A stretch of DNA of 24,729 nucleotides from Candidatus Desulfaltia sp. (GCA_035529295.1 DATKWY010000170.1:1-24729), one strand, 5' to 3'. Counted from the stretch's first letter, positions 1 through 7,774 are shown. Numbers and translations are program-made. The notes: generated by a model not told the origin, from the sequence alone.

Positions 1-1
1 A

Positions 2-307
2 GGCCTGGGCCAGGTGAACAAGAACCTCTGGCCAGCCGTGGCGAGGGCCTGGAAAGACGGTGTGGTGGTTGGCGTCACCAGCCAGTGCGTATGGGGCCGC
101 GTCAACCTCAACGTGTACAGCCACGGCCGCGAACTGGTGGATCGGGGAGCTGTGCCCCTGGGGGACATGCACGGGGAGACGGCCTACGTGAAGCTCAAGT
201 GGTGCCTGGGCCAGACCGACGACCCTGAGGAGGCCAAGAGGCTGCTGACCGCGAACCTGGTGGGGGAGTTCAACCCCAGGACGCCCTACCTGGGAGGCGA
301 CGCGTGA
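2..307 (+). CDS. gatD: Glu-tRNA(Gln) amidotransferase subunit D, 3' end (partial at window edge)
   Basis: Asparaginase-like C-terminus TSQCVWGRVNLNVYSHGRELVDRGAVPLGDMHGETAYVKLKWCLG; its TGA overlaps the gatE ATG (TGATG at 305-309). Confidence 0.93.
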   Translation, partial: GLGQVNKNLWPAVARAWKDGVVVGVTSQCVWGRVNLNVYSHGRELVDRGAVPLGDMHGETAYVKLKWCLGQTDDPEEAKRLLTANLVGEFNPRTPYLGGDA

Positions 308-2205
308 TGGACTACGGGAAGCTGGGGCTCACCGTGGGCATAGAGATACACCAGGAGCTGGCGACGCGGCATAAGCTGTTCTGCTCGTGTCCGCCGAGGC
401 TCAGCGAGAGGGAGCCCGACTTCACATTCACGCGGAGGCTCAGGCCCAGCCAGTCCGAGTTGGGGGAGATAGACCCCGCTGCTCTCTTCGAGTTCCTCAA
501 GGGTAAGACCATCATCTACCAGGCGGACCACGAGACCAGCTGCCTGGTGGAGATGGACGAGGAGCCTCCGGGGCCCCTGAACGAGGAGTCGGTGGACATA
601 GCCCTCACCTTCACACTGATGACGGGGGGCACCCCCGTTGACGAGGTCCAGGTCATGAGAAAGACGGTGGTGGACGGCAGCAACACGGGGGGCTTCCAGC
701 GCACCAGCGTCGTCAGCCTGGGCGGAGAGATCAAGGCCGCCGGCAAGACGATCCACCTGGAGCAGGTGGCCGTAGAGGAGGACGCTGCCAGGAAGATCAG
801 CGAGGAGGGGGACACTATTACATATAGGCTGGACCGGTTGGGTATCCCCCTCATTGAGATCACCACGGCCCCCGAGATACATACGCCTCAGGAGGCCTAC
901 GAGGCGGCTGCCCGCATAGGCGGCATCCTCAGGGCCACGGGCATGGTGCGGAGGGGCCTGGGCACCATCAGGCAGGACGTGAACGTCAGCATCCGGGGCG
1001 GGGCCATAATCGAGATCAAGGGGGTCCAGGACCTGGGGCTGTTGCCTACGGTGGTCGAGTACGAGGCCATGCGCCAGGCGGCCCTCCTGGAGATCACGGA
1101 GGAGCTCAAGAGGCGGGGAGTAAAGGAGAGTCACCTAAAGAAGGAGCATGTGGACGTCTCGGGCGTCTTCCCGGACACCAAGAGCAAGGTCCTGGGCGGC
1201 GCCCTCAAGAGGGGCGGCGTCGTGCTGGCCGTCAAGCTGCCAGGCTTCGCGGGCCTCACCGGAAAGGAGCTGTGCCCCGGCAGGAGGCTGGGCACCGAGA
1301 TGAGTGACCACGCCAAGTTCATGGGCAATGTGAAGGGCATTTTCCACACGGATGAACTCCCCGGGTACAGCGTCGACGAGGAGGAGGTGAAGGCTCTCAG
1401 AGAGGCCGTGGACGCGGCTGAGGGTGACGCGGTGGTCATCGTGGCCGACGACCACGACAAGTGCGCCGCCGCCCTTGTAGCGGTCGTGGATAGGGCCCGG
1501 ATGGCCCTGATGGGGGTGCCCGCTGAGACCCGGGCGGCCAACCCGGACGGGACCACTCGGTTCACCAGGCCCCGCCCCGGGGCAGCCAGGATGTACCCTG
1601 AGACCGACGTCAAGCCCGTCCAGATCACGCCCGAAAGGACCAACAAGCTGAGTACTCGGCTTCCCGAGATGCCCGAGGTGAAGCTGAGGCGCTTCATGAA
1701 GGAGCATGGGCTCAACGAGAAGCTGGCCACCCAGACTGTGGACTCGGACTACCTGGGCCTCTTCGAGGAGCTAGCTGCTGAAGGCCACAGCACCACGCTG
1801 CTGGCTGTCACCCTCACGGAGGACCTGACCAGGCTGCGGCGCGACGGCGTCCCCGTGGAGGCGTTGACAGACGAAGCCATCCAGGGAGCCTTCGCTCTGG
1901 TCAAGGAGGGGTCCACGGCCAAGGAGGCACTACCCGACGTGCTAACCTGGCTTGCCAAGCACCCGGGCAGCGGCGCCGGGGACGCGTTGAAGGCACTGGG
2001 GCTAGAGGCCATGAGCCTCTCTGAGCTGGAGGCTCTCATAGGGGCCGTTGTGGAGGAGAGGGCGGACCTGGTGGCTGAGAGGGGCATGGGGGCTATGGGG
2101 CCGCTCATGGGGGTGGTCATGGGGCAGGTGCGGGGCAGGGCCCAGCCCCGGGACGTCCAGAGGCTGCTCCAGGCGGCCCTGAAGGCCAGGGCACAGCCCT
2201 CATAA
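307..2205 (+). CDS. gatE: Glu-tRNA(Gln) amidotransferase subunit E
   Basis: GLTVGIEIHQEL, KLFCSCP, VDGSNTGGFQRT, RLDRLGIPLIEITT, GLGTIRQDVNVSI and RPRPGAARMYPETD motifs; adjacent to gatD. ATG at 307 (ORF track uses GTG 304). Confidence 0.97.
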   Translation: MDYGKLGLTVGIEIHQELATRHKLFCSCPPRLSEREPDFTFTRRLRPSQSELGEIDPAALFEFLKGKTIIYQADHETSCLVEMDEEPPGPLNEESVDIALTFTLMTGGTPVDEVQVMRKTVVDGSNTGGFQRTSVVSLGGEIKAAGKTIHLEQVAVEEDAARKISEEGDTITYRLDRLGIPLIEITTAPEIHTPQEAYEAAARIGGILRATGMVRRGLGTIRQDVNVSIRGGAIIEIKGVQDLGLLPTVVEYEAMRQAALLEITEELKRRGVKESHLKKEHVDVSGVFPDTKSKVLGGALKRGGVVLAVKLPGFAGLTGKELCPGRRLGTEMSDHAKFMGNVKGIFHTDELPGYSVDEEEVKALREAVDAAEGDAVVIVADDHDKCAAALVAVVDRARMALMGVPAETRAANPDGTTRFTRPRPGAARMYPETDVKPVQITPERTNKLSTRLPEMPEVKLRRFMKEHGLNEKLATQTVDSDYLGLFEELAAEGHSTTLLAVTLTEDLTRLRRDGVPVEALTDEAIQGAFALVKEGSTAKEALPDVLTWLAKHPGSGAGDALKALGLEAMSLSELEALIGAVVEERADLVAERGMGAMGPLMGVVMGQVRGRAQPRDVQRLLQAALKARAQPS

Positions 2206-2219
2206 GTATTATAAACGGT
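2206..2219 (+). promoter_or_regulatory. Putative TATA box for the 2233-3163 gene pair
   Basis: GTATTATAAACGG, AT-rich element in a GC-rich context, ending about 15 nt before ATG 2233. Confidence 0.5.
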
Positions 2220-2232
2220 CTTAGAGCTTATT

Positions 2233-2709
2233 ATGGTATCAGAAGTTCTGGGTGTTGCCATGTCTGAGCCCTCTTTCCGCCTCAAGGTCAGGATAGGCAA
2301 CATGGAGGTGGAGTTGGCGGGAGCCAAGGAGGAGGTGCTGGCCACCCTGGACGACCTGGGCCTCATTATGGGCAAGGTGTCCAAGGCTTTCAACGCTGAG
2401 GTTCTCCCCTCCAAGCCGGCTAAGGCCGAGGCGGGGGCCTCTATAGAGAAGTACCCAAACATCTCCAGGACCAACCAGTGTAGCGAGGCCGTGCAGAGCC
2501 TTCTGGGGTCGGAGTGGGGTAAGACGCCCCGCGCCATCGGGGAGCTGAGGAAGGCCATGGAGGCCAACGCCATATTCTTCCCCAAGACCACCCTCAGCGG
2601 CGTCTTGGTCTGGATGGTGAAGAAGGGGGTGCTCCGCAGGTGGAAGGACAACAAGCGGGGCTACCTGTACCTGCTGAACGTGGAGGAGGTCAAGGTTGCC
2701 TCGGCTTAG
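2233..2709 (+). CDS. Hypothetical protein: N-terminal beta-beta-alpha module, linker, C-terminal winged helix
   Basis: RLKVRIGNMEVELAGAKEEV module; C-terminal KTPRAIGELRKAM...PKTTLSGVLVWMVKKGVLRRWKDNKRGYLY has wHTH spacing and wing. Host-like codon usage. Alternative start ATG 2260. Confidence 0.8.
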   Translation: MVSEVLGVAMSEPSFRLKVRIGNMEVELAGAKEEVLATLDDLGLIMGKVSKAFNAEVLPSKPAKAEAGASIEKYPNISRTNQCSEAVQSLLGSEWGKTPRAIGELRKAMEANAIFFPKTTLSGVLVWMVKKGVLRRWKDNKRGYLYLLNVEEVKVASA

Positions 2710-3163
2710 GGTGAGGGTCAGGACCGGGTACGGTGAACTGGAGGTCTCAGGCGAGTCCCCGGAGGAGGTCCTGCAAGGGCTGGGCTGGCTCACCGGGGAG
2801 TTCGTGGCCGCTGTCCAGGGCAGGGTAGCCGAGGTGGCCGCGGCGGAGGCCGAGGACGTTCTGAAGGGCATCGTGAGGGTGGGCCGGGATGGGCCGACCC
2901 TGGTGACGCGGGAGGAGCTGAGCCACTACGAGGCCGTGGGCCTGATAATGTACGCCATGAGGAACCACGAGGCCACGGGCAAGGAGATAAGGGAACGGCT
3001 GGCCAGCAGCGGCAAGAAGATCACTGTGGCGGCCCGGCTCCACGAGATGAGGCGCAGGGGCCACGTGTTCCAGCCTGAGGGTAAGGGCAGCGAGTACAGG
3101 CTCACCATGAAGGGGGTCAGGTGGCTCGAGGAGGATGTCCTCCCCAGGCTCGGCCGGGACTAG
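2696..3163 (+). CDS. Hypothetical protein, apparent paralog of 2233-2709 (beta-beta-alpha plus wHTH)
   Basis: RLRVRVRTGYGELEVSGESPEEV module; ATGKEIRERL...ITVAARLHEMRRRGHVFQP...YRLTMKG wHTH. TTG start preceded by GGAGG; 14-nt overlap with the upstream gene. Confidence 0.8.
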   Translation: MPRLRVRVRTGYGELEVSGESPEEVLQGLGWLTGEFVAAVQGRVAEVAAAEAEDVLKGIVRVGRDGPTLVTREELSHYEAVGLIMYAMRNHEATGKEIRERLASSGKKITVAARLHEMRRRGHVFQPEGKGSEYRLTMKGVRWLEEDVLPRLGRD

Positions 3164-3477
3164 CCTGTCTTCTTCTTGTGCTCCTGGTAGAGCTCCATGG
3201 TGGTGACCAGCAGCATCAATGTGACGCCCTTGGCGTCCACGTTGTAGCCACCTTCCCGGAAGGGGCTCCTCTGGATCATGTCCTTCTCCAGGAGCTTGGC
3301 CACGGCCCTCTCCGTTGCCTTGGGGGTGAGAACCAGCTCGTCGCTGATCTCCTTCACCGTCATGGTCTTGCCGGTGCCGAGCATGTGGTAGAAGACCATG
3401 AACTGACTGGGCGCCCGTTGCAGCCCCAGCAGGGTCTCCATCTTCTCCTTCATCTCCCCCAGTTGCTGTTCAGACAA
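3160..3477 (-). CDS. Small winged-helix protein (5th of operon, 105 aa)
   Basis: MTVKEISDELVLTPKATERAVAKLLEKDMIQR...GGY is a TrmB/MarR-like wHTH. TTG start with GGGTGA upstream; stop overlaps the convergent gene (CTAG 3160-3163). Confidence 0.82.
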   Translation of the reverse strand: MSEQQLGEMKEKMETLLGLQRAPSQFMVFYHMLGTGKTMTVKEISDELVLTPKATERAVAKLLEKDMIQRSPFREGGYNVDAKGVTLMLLVTTMELYQEHKKKTG

Positions 3478-3488
3478 TCTACTTCACC

Positions 3489-3737
3489 CTACTTTTCCTT
3501 TGGTTGTCTATAAAGTTTCATCAAGACGTCGTAAGCGGTGGTCAGCGCCACGTATCCGTCGCTCCTGGAGTCCACCAGGCCGTCCCGCTTGAGCTCGGCG
3601 AGCCTGGCCCGGACGCTGCTGCTGTTCTCCCCCAGCTCCCTGCTGATGTCTATGGGCTTCATGGGCTGGCCCCGGAAGGTGAGGTGAACCAGTATCTTGA
3701 AGGCCGAGGTCTCGGGGTCCAGCTCATCCAGCTTCAT
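3489..3737 (-). CDS. Small winged-helix protein (4th of operon, 82 aa)
   Basis: MKPIDISRELGENSSSVRARLAELKRDGLVDSRSDGY wHTH; ATG 6 nt after the previous stop. Confidence 0.85.
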   Translation of the reverse strand: MKLDELDPETSAFKILVHLTFRGQPMKPIDISRELGENSSSVRARLAELKRDGLVDSRSDGYVALTTAYDVLMKLYRQPKEK

Positions 3738-3743
3738 GCGTGG

Positions 3744-3995
3744 TCACTCAAAGTACTTCTTCAGGAGCTCCACTAGGATGGGGCCGAGCCGGTACCTGTA
3801 TACGCCGCGGCTGACGCGTTCCACCAGCTCCTTCTTGTTGAGGTTGAAGAGTGCTATGTTCACGGCGTTGACGGTGAGGCCCAGCTTGTCGGCTATCTCC
3901 TGGCTGCTCATGGGTTCTCCGCTCTGGACCAGCATGAGGAAGACGTCCCTCTGGCTGTCCGCCCGCTTCAGGCCCTCGAGCTCCTCGGAACCCAC
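3744..3995 (-). CDS. Small winged-helix protein (3rd of operon, 83 aa)
   Basis: MSSQEIADKLGLTVNAVNIALFNLNKKELVERVSRGVY wHTH; GGAGG upstream of GTG. Confidence 0.85.
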   Translation of the reverse strand: MGSEELEGLKRADSQRDVFLMLVQSGEPMSSQEIADKLGLTVNAVNIALFNLNKKELVERVSRGVYRYRLGPILVELLKKYFE

Positions 3996-4009
3996 GACTT
4001 TTCCTCCGG

Positions 4010-4270
4010 CTACTTCTGAACCGCGTACAGGTGGGAGACGACGTCGGTGAAGGGGACGAGGCTCCTGTAGCTGCCGTCCTCCTGCTGGGCCACGTAGCCC
4101 TTGTCCAGGAGGGTGCGTAGGGCGGGCCTGACGGTGCCTGGGGCTATGCCGGTCTCGCTGCTGATGTCGCTGGGCTGACTGGGGCCCCTGAAGGCCAGGT
4201 AGACCAGGACCTTGAACTGGCTGGTTGTGGGTGAGACGTCCTTGAGGACCTTGTCCCAGGTCTCGCTCAT
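4010..4270 (-). CDS. Small winged-helix protein (2nd of operon, 86 aa)
   Basis: SQPSDISSETGIAPGTVRPALRTLLDKGYVAQQEDGSY wHTH; ATGA overlap with the upstream gene. Confidence 0.85.
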   Translation of the reverse strand: MSETWDKVLKDVSPTTSQFKVLVYLAFRGPSQPSDISSETGIAPGTVRPALRTLLDKGYVAQQEDGSYRSLVPFTDVVSHLYAVQK

Positions 4271-4512
4271 GGGGCCTTCGTCTCCAGGGCCTCGACGCGG
4301 GCCATGAGGTTGAGGAGGATGCCTGGGACGCTGGGCTCGTAGTTGCCTCTGCCTGAGCGCTCGAGGAGTCCCTCCTCGGCGAGCTTGGCGAAAGCGGCCT
4401 TTACGCTGTTGTAGTTGGCGCCCAGCTTCTCGGCCATCTCGGTGGGTCCGAGGGCCGGGTTCATGAGGAACTCCTTGAAAATGGTGTCCTTTAGGCTTTG
4501 ATTCTTGCTCAT
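4267..4512 (-). CDS. Small winged-helix protein (1st of operon, about 81 aa)
   Basis: LGPTEMAEKLGANYNSVKAAFAKLAEEGLLERSGRGNY wHTH. ATG 4512 preferred because it lies 30 nt from the TATA-like element at 4542-4550; track start is 4527. Confidence 0.85.
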   Translation of the reverse strand: MSKNQSLKDTIFKEFLMNPALGPTEMAEKLGANYNSVKAAFAKLAEEGLLERSGRGNYEPSVPGILLNLMARVEALETKAP

Positions 4513-4541
4513 CTTTCTGGTTGTCACTTCTATGTTAAGTG

Positions 4542-4678
4542 GTATTTAACTTTACTTTTGGGGTCCACATGTTTTTACATTGATAGACATAGATGGGCGA
4601 GCGTCTTAATTTCTGAGTATATAAATAAAACAGGGTTTATCAGAAATTACGCTCAGAGCGATCACAATGGTTAAATAC
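4542..4678. promoter_or_regulatory. Divergent promoter region between the wHTH operon and nurA-herA
   Basis: Identical 9-mer GTTAAATAC on the minus strand (4542-4550) and plus strand (4670-4678), facing outward in an AT-rich spacer. Confidence 0.6.
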
Positions 4679-4727
4679 GATGGAAAAAAAGTGTTGTACA
4701 TCAACGGTTTTCAACGGACGTGGTATC

Positions 4728-5786
4728 ATGGTGCTCGCGGTCAAGGAACGGGGGGAGTTGGCTGATCCCAGGCCACGGGCCGAGAGCCTCAGCCTCAGCA
4801 TAAGGAACCTGCTCCTGGCCGAGATCACGGGGGACGTGCTGACCGAGGCCCCTCTGGTCAGGGAGCTGGCGGAGCGTATCAGGCGCGAGATGGAGGTGGT
4901 GCCTCTCAGGAAGCGGGAGGCGTACACTTGGGTGGCTGGGGTGGACGCGGGGAGCCAGGTGATACCCATGGCCTCCAGGCAGTACGCGGTCATCGGCGCC
5001 CTGGTCTACACGCTTCCCCAGGGAGGCCGCTTCTACCTGCCCCCCGAGAGCATGTGCGCACCCTACTCCATGGGGGGCGGAGGCTTCGCCGGGTCGGTGA
5101 ACCTGCGCAGGGAAGCCAGGCTCTACGAGACCGCCCGGGAGTTCCTCCTAGGAGGCGGCGAGGTGGAGCTCATGCTGGTGGACGGGCCCCTGGCGCTGAG
5201 TGGCTGGTGGGGGGCCGCCGGCTGCGAGGAGGACAGGCGGCGGCTGGTGGACGCCCTGAACGGGCTGCTCCGGGTGTGCAGGGACCGGGGGGTGACGGTG
5301 GCCGGGGTGGTGAAGCGGCCCAGCGCCCGATACCTGGTTCACTACCTGGGGTTGAGCGCCGAGACGGACCTGAGTGACAGCTACCTGATGCACCAGACGC
5401 TGACGCCGGGGGAGCGCACAGACGTCTTCAGCCCCCGGACGGCGATGCGGATGGCGTCCCGAGGCAGCCAGATGATGGACGTGGTCCAGGAGCCCATTTA
5501 CGGGTTTTACTGCCGGCTGACCCGGGAGTGGGACGTCCCCCCCATCAGGGTGGACCTCCCCGCGTTCTGCCTGGGGGCCGTGGACGACGTGGCCGACTAC
5601 TGCTACGCCACCAGCATCTGGAGCGGGATACCGCTGCCCATCGTCCGGGCCGACGAGGAGGTGAAGGTGAGCCGCCGCTTCATCGGCGACGTCTTCAGCG
5701 AGATCATAAGCAGGGTGGGCCGGGAGACGGGGGACGTGTCCCCCCTGGCGCCGTACTGGGGTGAGAGTGAGTGGATGGTGGGCTGA
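4728..5786 (+). CDS. nurA: NurA-family 5'-3' nuclease
   Basis: VAGVDAGS, LMLVDGPL, GVVKRP, TDLSDSYL, PPIRVDLP and GIPLPIVRADEEVKV match the NurA motif order; immediately upstream of a HerA ATPase. ATG 4728 preferred over 4680. Confidence 0.85.
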   Translation: MVLAVKERGELADPRPRAESLSLSIRNLLLAEITGDVLTEAPLVRELAERIRREMEVVPLRKREAYTWVAGVDAGSQVIPMASRQYAVIGALVYTLPQGGRFYLPPESMCAPYSMGGGGFAGSVNLRREARLYETAREFLLGGGEVELMLVDGPLALSGWWGAAGCEEDRRRLVDALNGLLRVCRDRGVTVAGVVKRPSARYLVHYLGLSAETDLSDSYLMHQTLTPGERTDVFSPRTAMRMASRGSQMMDVVQEPIYGFYCRLTREWDVPPIRVDLPAFCLGAVDDVADYCYATSIWSGIPLPIVRADEEVKVSRRFIGDVFSEIISRVGRETGDVSPLAPYWGESEWMVG

Positions 5787-7291
5787 GAGTCGGGCACACG
5801 TACAGCGCCACGGGCGAGTACGGCATCAGCGAGATCACTGTGCTGCTACTCAGGGGCTTGGAGCTGGCCAAGGGCGACTTAGTCTTCATTGAGCACCCCA
5901 AGAACGGGTGCCCCGTGGTGTACCAGGTGACCCGGGTGTACCCCCACAAACGGGTCAGGGAGTACGAAGAGGCCCTCCTCAGGGACGGCAGGATCATCAA
6001 CGACTTTGAGGATAGTACGCTGCACGCTCAGGCTTACCAGTGGGGGTGGATGGACGAGGGGGGCAGCCTCAGGCCACTAAGATACCCTCTTCAGCCTAAC
6101 ACGCCCGTGTACATGGCTGAGAGGGACGTCATCGCCCAGTTCACCAAGCCCAGCGGAGACTGGAGGATACTGCTGGGGACGGACCCAGGCACCGACCTGG
6201 ACGTGGAGCTGGGGATATACAGCTTGATCCGGCAGAGCTGCCTAATCTGCGGGGCCGTGGGGACGGGGAAGACCACCACGGCTGTATCCATGGTGGCCCG
6301 GGCCGCGACGGCTGACCCTCCGGTCCGCTTCTTCATAGTGGACAAGGACGGGGAGTACAGCAGCCTCCAGGAGAGACTGGGCCCGGACAGGGTGCTCCGG
6401 GTGCCCTGGAGCAGATTCTTCGAGCCCGGGGGCATCCCCTGGGAGGACTACGTGTCGGAGTTCGGGTGGCAGAAGACCTGGTGGAACGCCAAGATACTCA
6501 TCCACGCCTTGAAGATTCTGTACGCGCAGCAGGCAACGGTGACCAAGGCGAACCTGCGCCGGGCACTGGATCAGGTTCACCCGGAGAGGCTGGGCTTCAA
6601 CAAGAAGCCGGAGGAGTTCGAGGCGTACCGGATGCAGGTGGTGAACAGTGTGGGCACCAGCCGGCTGATCCCGGACGGGGATATGGAGCCCCTGGACCCG
6701 GTGGAGCTGCTCCGGGACAGGCACGTGGTGATCATGGACCTTAGCGCCGGGAAGGACACCTGGGACCAGAAGCACCTGGTGGTGGCCCAGGTTCTGCGCC
6801 GCATCTTCGGGGAGGCCCTGGAGAACAGGAAGTTCGGGTGCATCATACTGCTGGAGGAGGCCATGTACTACGCTCCCCAGAGGGGGGTCTTCGAGATCGG
6901 TGAGAAGGAGAACCGGGGCAAGCTGCTGGGGGTCATCAAGGAGATCGCGACTAATGGCGGCAGGAACGGCGTGGGGCTGTGGGCGGTGACCCAGAGGCTG
7001 AGCACCGTGGAGAAGACCGTGGTGACCCAGTGCGCCAACAACGTGATCTGCCACAGCCTGGAGGACGTGGACAAGGCCAGGATGGCTGAGATCATGGGAG
7101 CCAAGTTCGCGGAGCTCATAGGCGACCTCCCGCCGGGGGAAGCCATAGTGAAGGGGACGGCGCTCAGATGCAGGTTCCCCCTCTGGGTGAAGGTGCTGCC
7201 TGAGGTGTACCCAGCTAGCAGCTTGAGCACGCCCATGAGCAGGTTCATCCACATGGAGGCTGCGGGTCGGGAGCAGGTGGCCGACGACTAA
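5771..7291 (+). CDS. herA: HerA-like ATPase/helicase (FtsK-HerA superfamily) with N-terminal HAS-barrel-like region
   Basis: Walker A GAVGTGKTT, FIVDKDGEY, Walker B IILLEEA, GGRNGVGLWAVTQR, TQCANNVI and C-terminal DLPPGEAIVKG; overlaps nurA by 16 nt. Confidence 0.88.
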   Translation: MDGGLRVGHTYSATGEYGISEITVLLLRGLELAKGDLVFIEHPKNGCPVVYQVTRVYPHKRVREYEEALLRDGRIINDFEDSTLHAQAYQWGWMDEGGSLRPLRYPLQPNTPVYMAERDVIAQFTKPSGDWRILLGTDPGTDLDVELGIYSLIRQSCLICGAVGTGKTTTAVSMVARAATADPPVRFFIVDKDGEYSSLQERLGPDRVLRVPWSRFFEPGGIPWEDYVSEFGWQKTWWNAKILIHALKILYAQQATVTKANLRRALDQVHPERLGFNKKPEEFEAYRMQVVNSVGTSRLIPDGDMEPLDPVELLRDRHVVIMDLSAGKDTWDQKHLVVAQVLRRIFGEALENRKFGCIILLEEAMYYAPQRGVFEIGEKENRGKLLGVIKEIATNGGRNGVGLWAVTQRLSTVEKTVVTQCANNVICHSLEDVDKARMAEIMGAKFAELIGDLPPGEAIVKGTALRCRFPLWVKVLPEVYPASSLSTPMSRFIHMEAAGREQVADD

Positions 7292-7320
7292 TTAAGCTGC
7301 TGGGTGCTTCAATTAAGCTG
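7290..7320 (+). repeat. 10-bp direct repeat AATTAAGCTG (7290-7299, 7311-7320)
   Basis: Two exact copies separated by 11 nt between the herA stop and the Nudix ATG. Confidence 0.85.
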
Positions 7321-7321
7321 T

Positions 7322-7753
7322 ATGTCTGGCAGGCTTTACCCTGAGAGGCCCATCGTGGGGGTGGGTGTCCTCATCGAGCGGGACGGCAAGTTTCTGCTCA
7401 TCAGGAGGGGCGCTGAGCCTGACGCTGGGCTGTGGACGGTGCCGGGAGGCCTGGTGGAGGTGGGTGAGAGGGTCAGGGACGCGGCGGTGCGGGAGGCGCT
7501 GGAGGAGACGGGGCTCCGGGTGGAGGTGGTGGACAGGATCGGCGTGGTGGACAAGATCGTCAGGGACGACGAGGGGCGGGTCCGGTACCACTTCATCATC
7601 GTCCAGTTGTTGGCCAGGGTCCTGGGGGGTGAGGCCGTGGCCATGGACGACGCACTGGAGGCACGGTGGGTGGAGCTGGCAGATTTCTCGGGGTACGACC
7701 TGACGCCTTCCTTCAGGGAGTTTCTGAGGGAGATAGGGTTATACCCCGTGTAA
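7322..7753 (+). CDS. Nudix hydrolase (ADP-ribose pyrophosphatase-like)
   Basis: Nudix box [24 protein letters not shown]; [11 protein letters not shown]-terminus. ATG at 7322. Confidence 0.92.
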   Translation: MSGRLYPERPIVGVGVLIERDGKFLLIRRGAEPDAGLWTVPGGLVEVGERVRDAAVREALEETGLRVEVVDRIGVVDKIVRDDEGRVRYHFIIVQLLARVLGGEAVAMDDALEARWVELADFSGYDLTPSFREFLREIGLYPV

Positions 7754-7774
7754 ACAGGGGGAGTAGACCTGACA

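Noticed and set aside
286-2871. Long minus-strand ORFs opposite gatE and the wHTH pair
   Set aside because: Antisense shadows typical of high-GC coding DNA; no motifs.
3160-4527. wHTH array as ESCRT-II, TFE or RNA polymerase III-like subunits
   Set aside because: Only the generic wHTH fold is shared; no Zn ribbon, tandem WH in one chain or ESCRT/Vps4 neighbours.
6242-7252. 336-aa minus-strand ORF opposite herA
   Set aside because: Antisense shadow.
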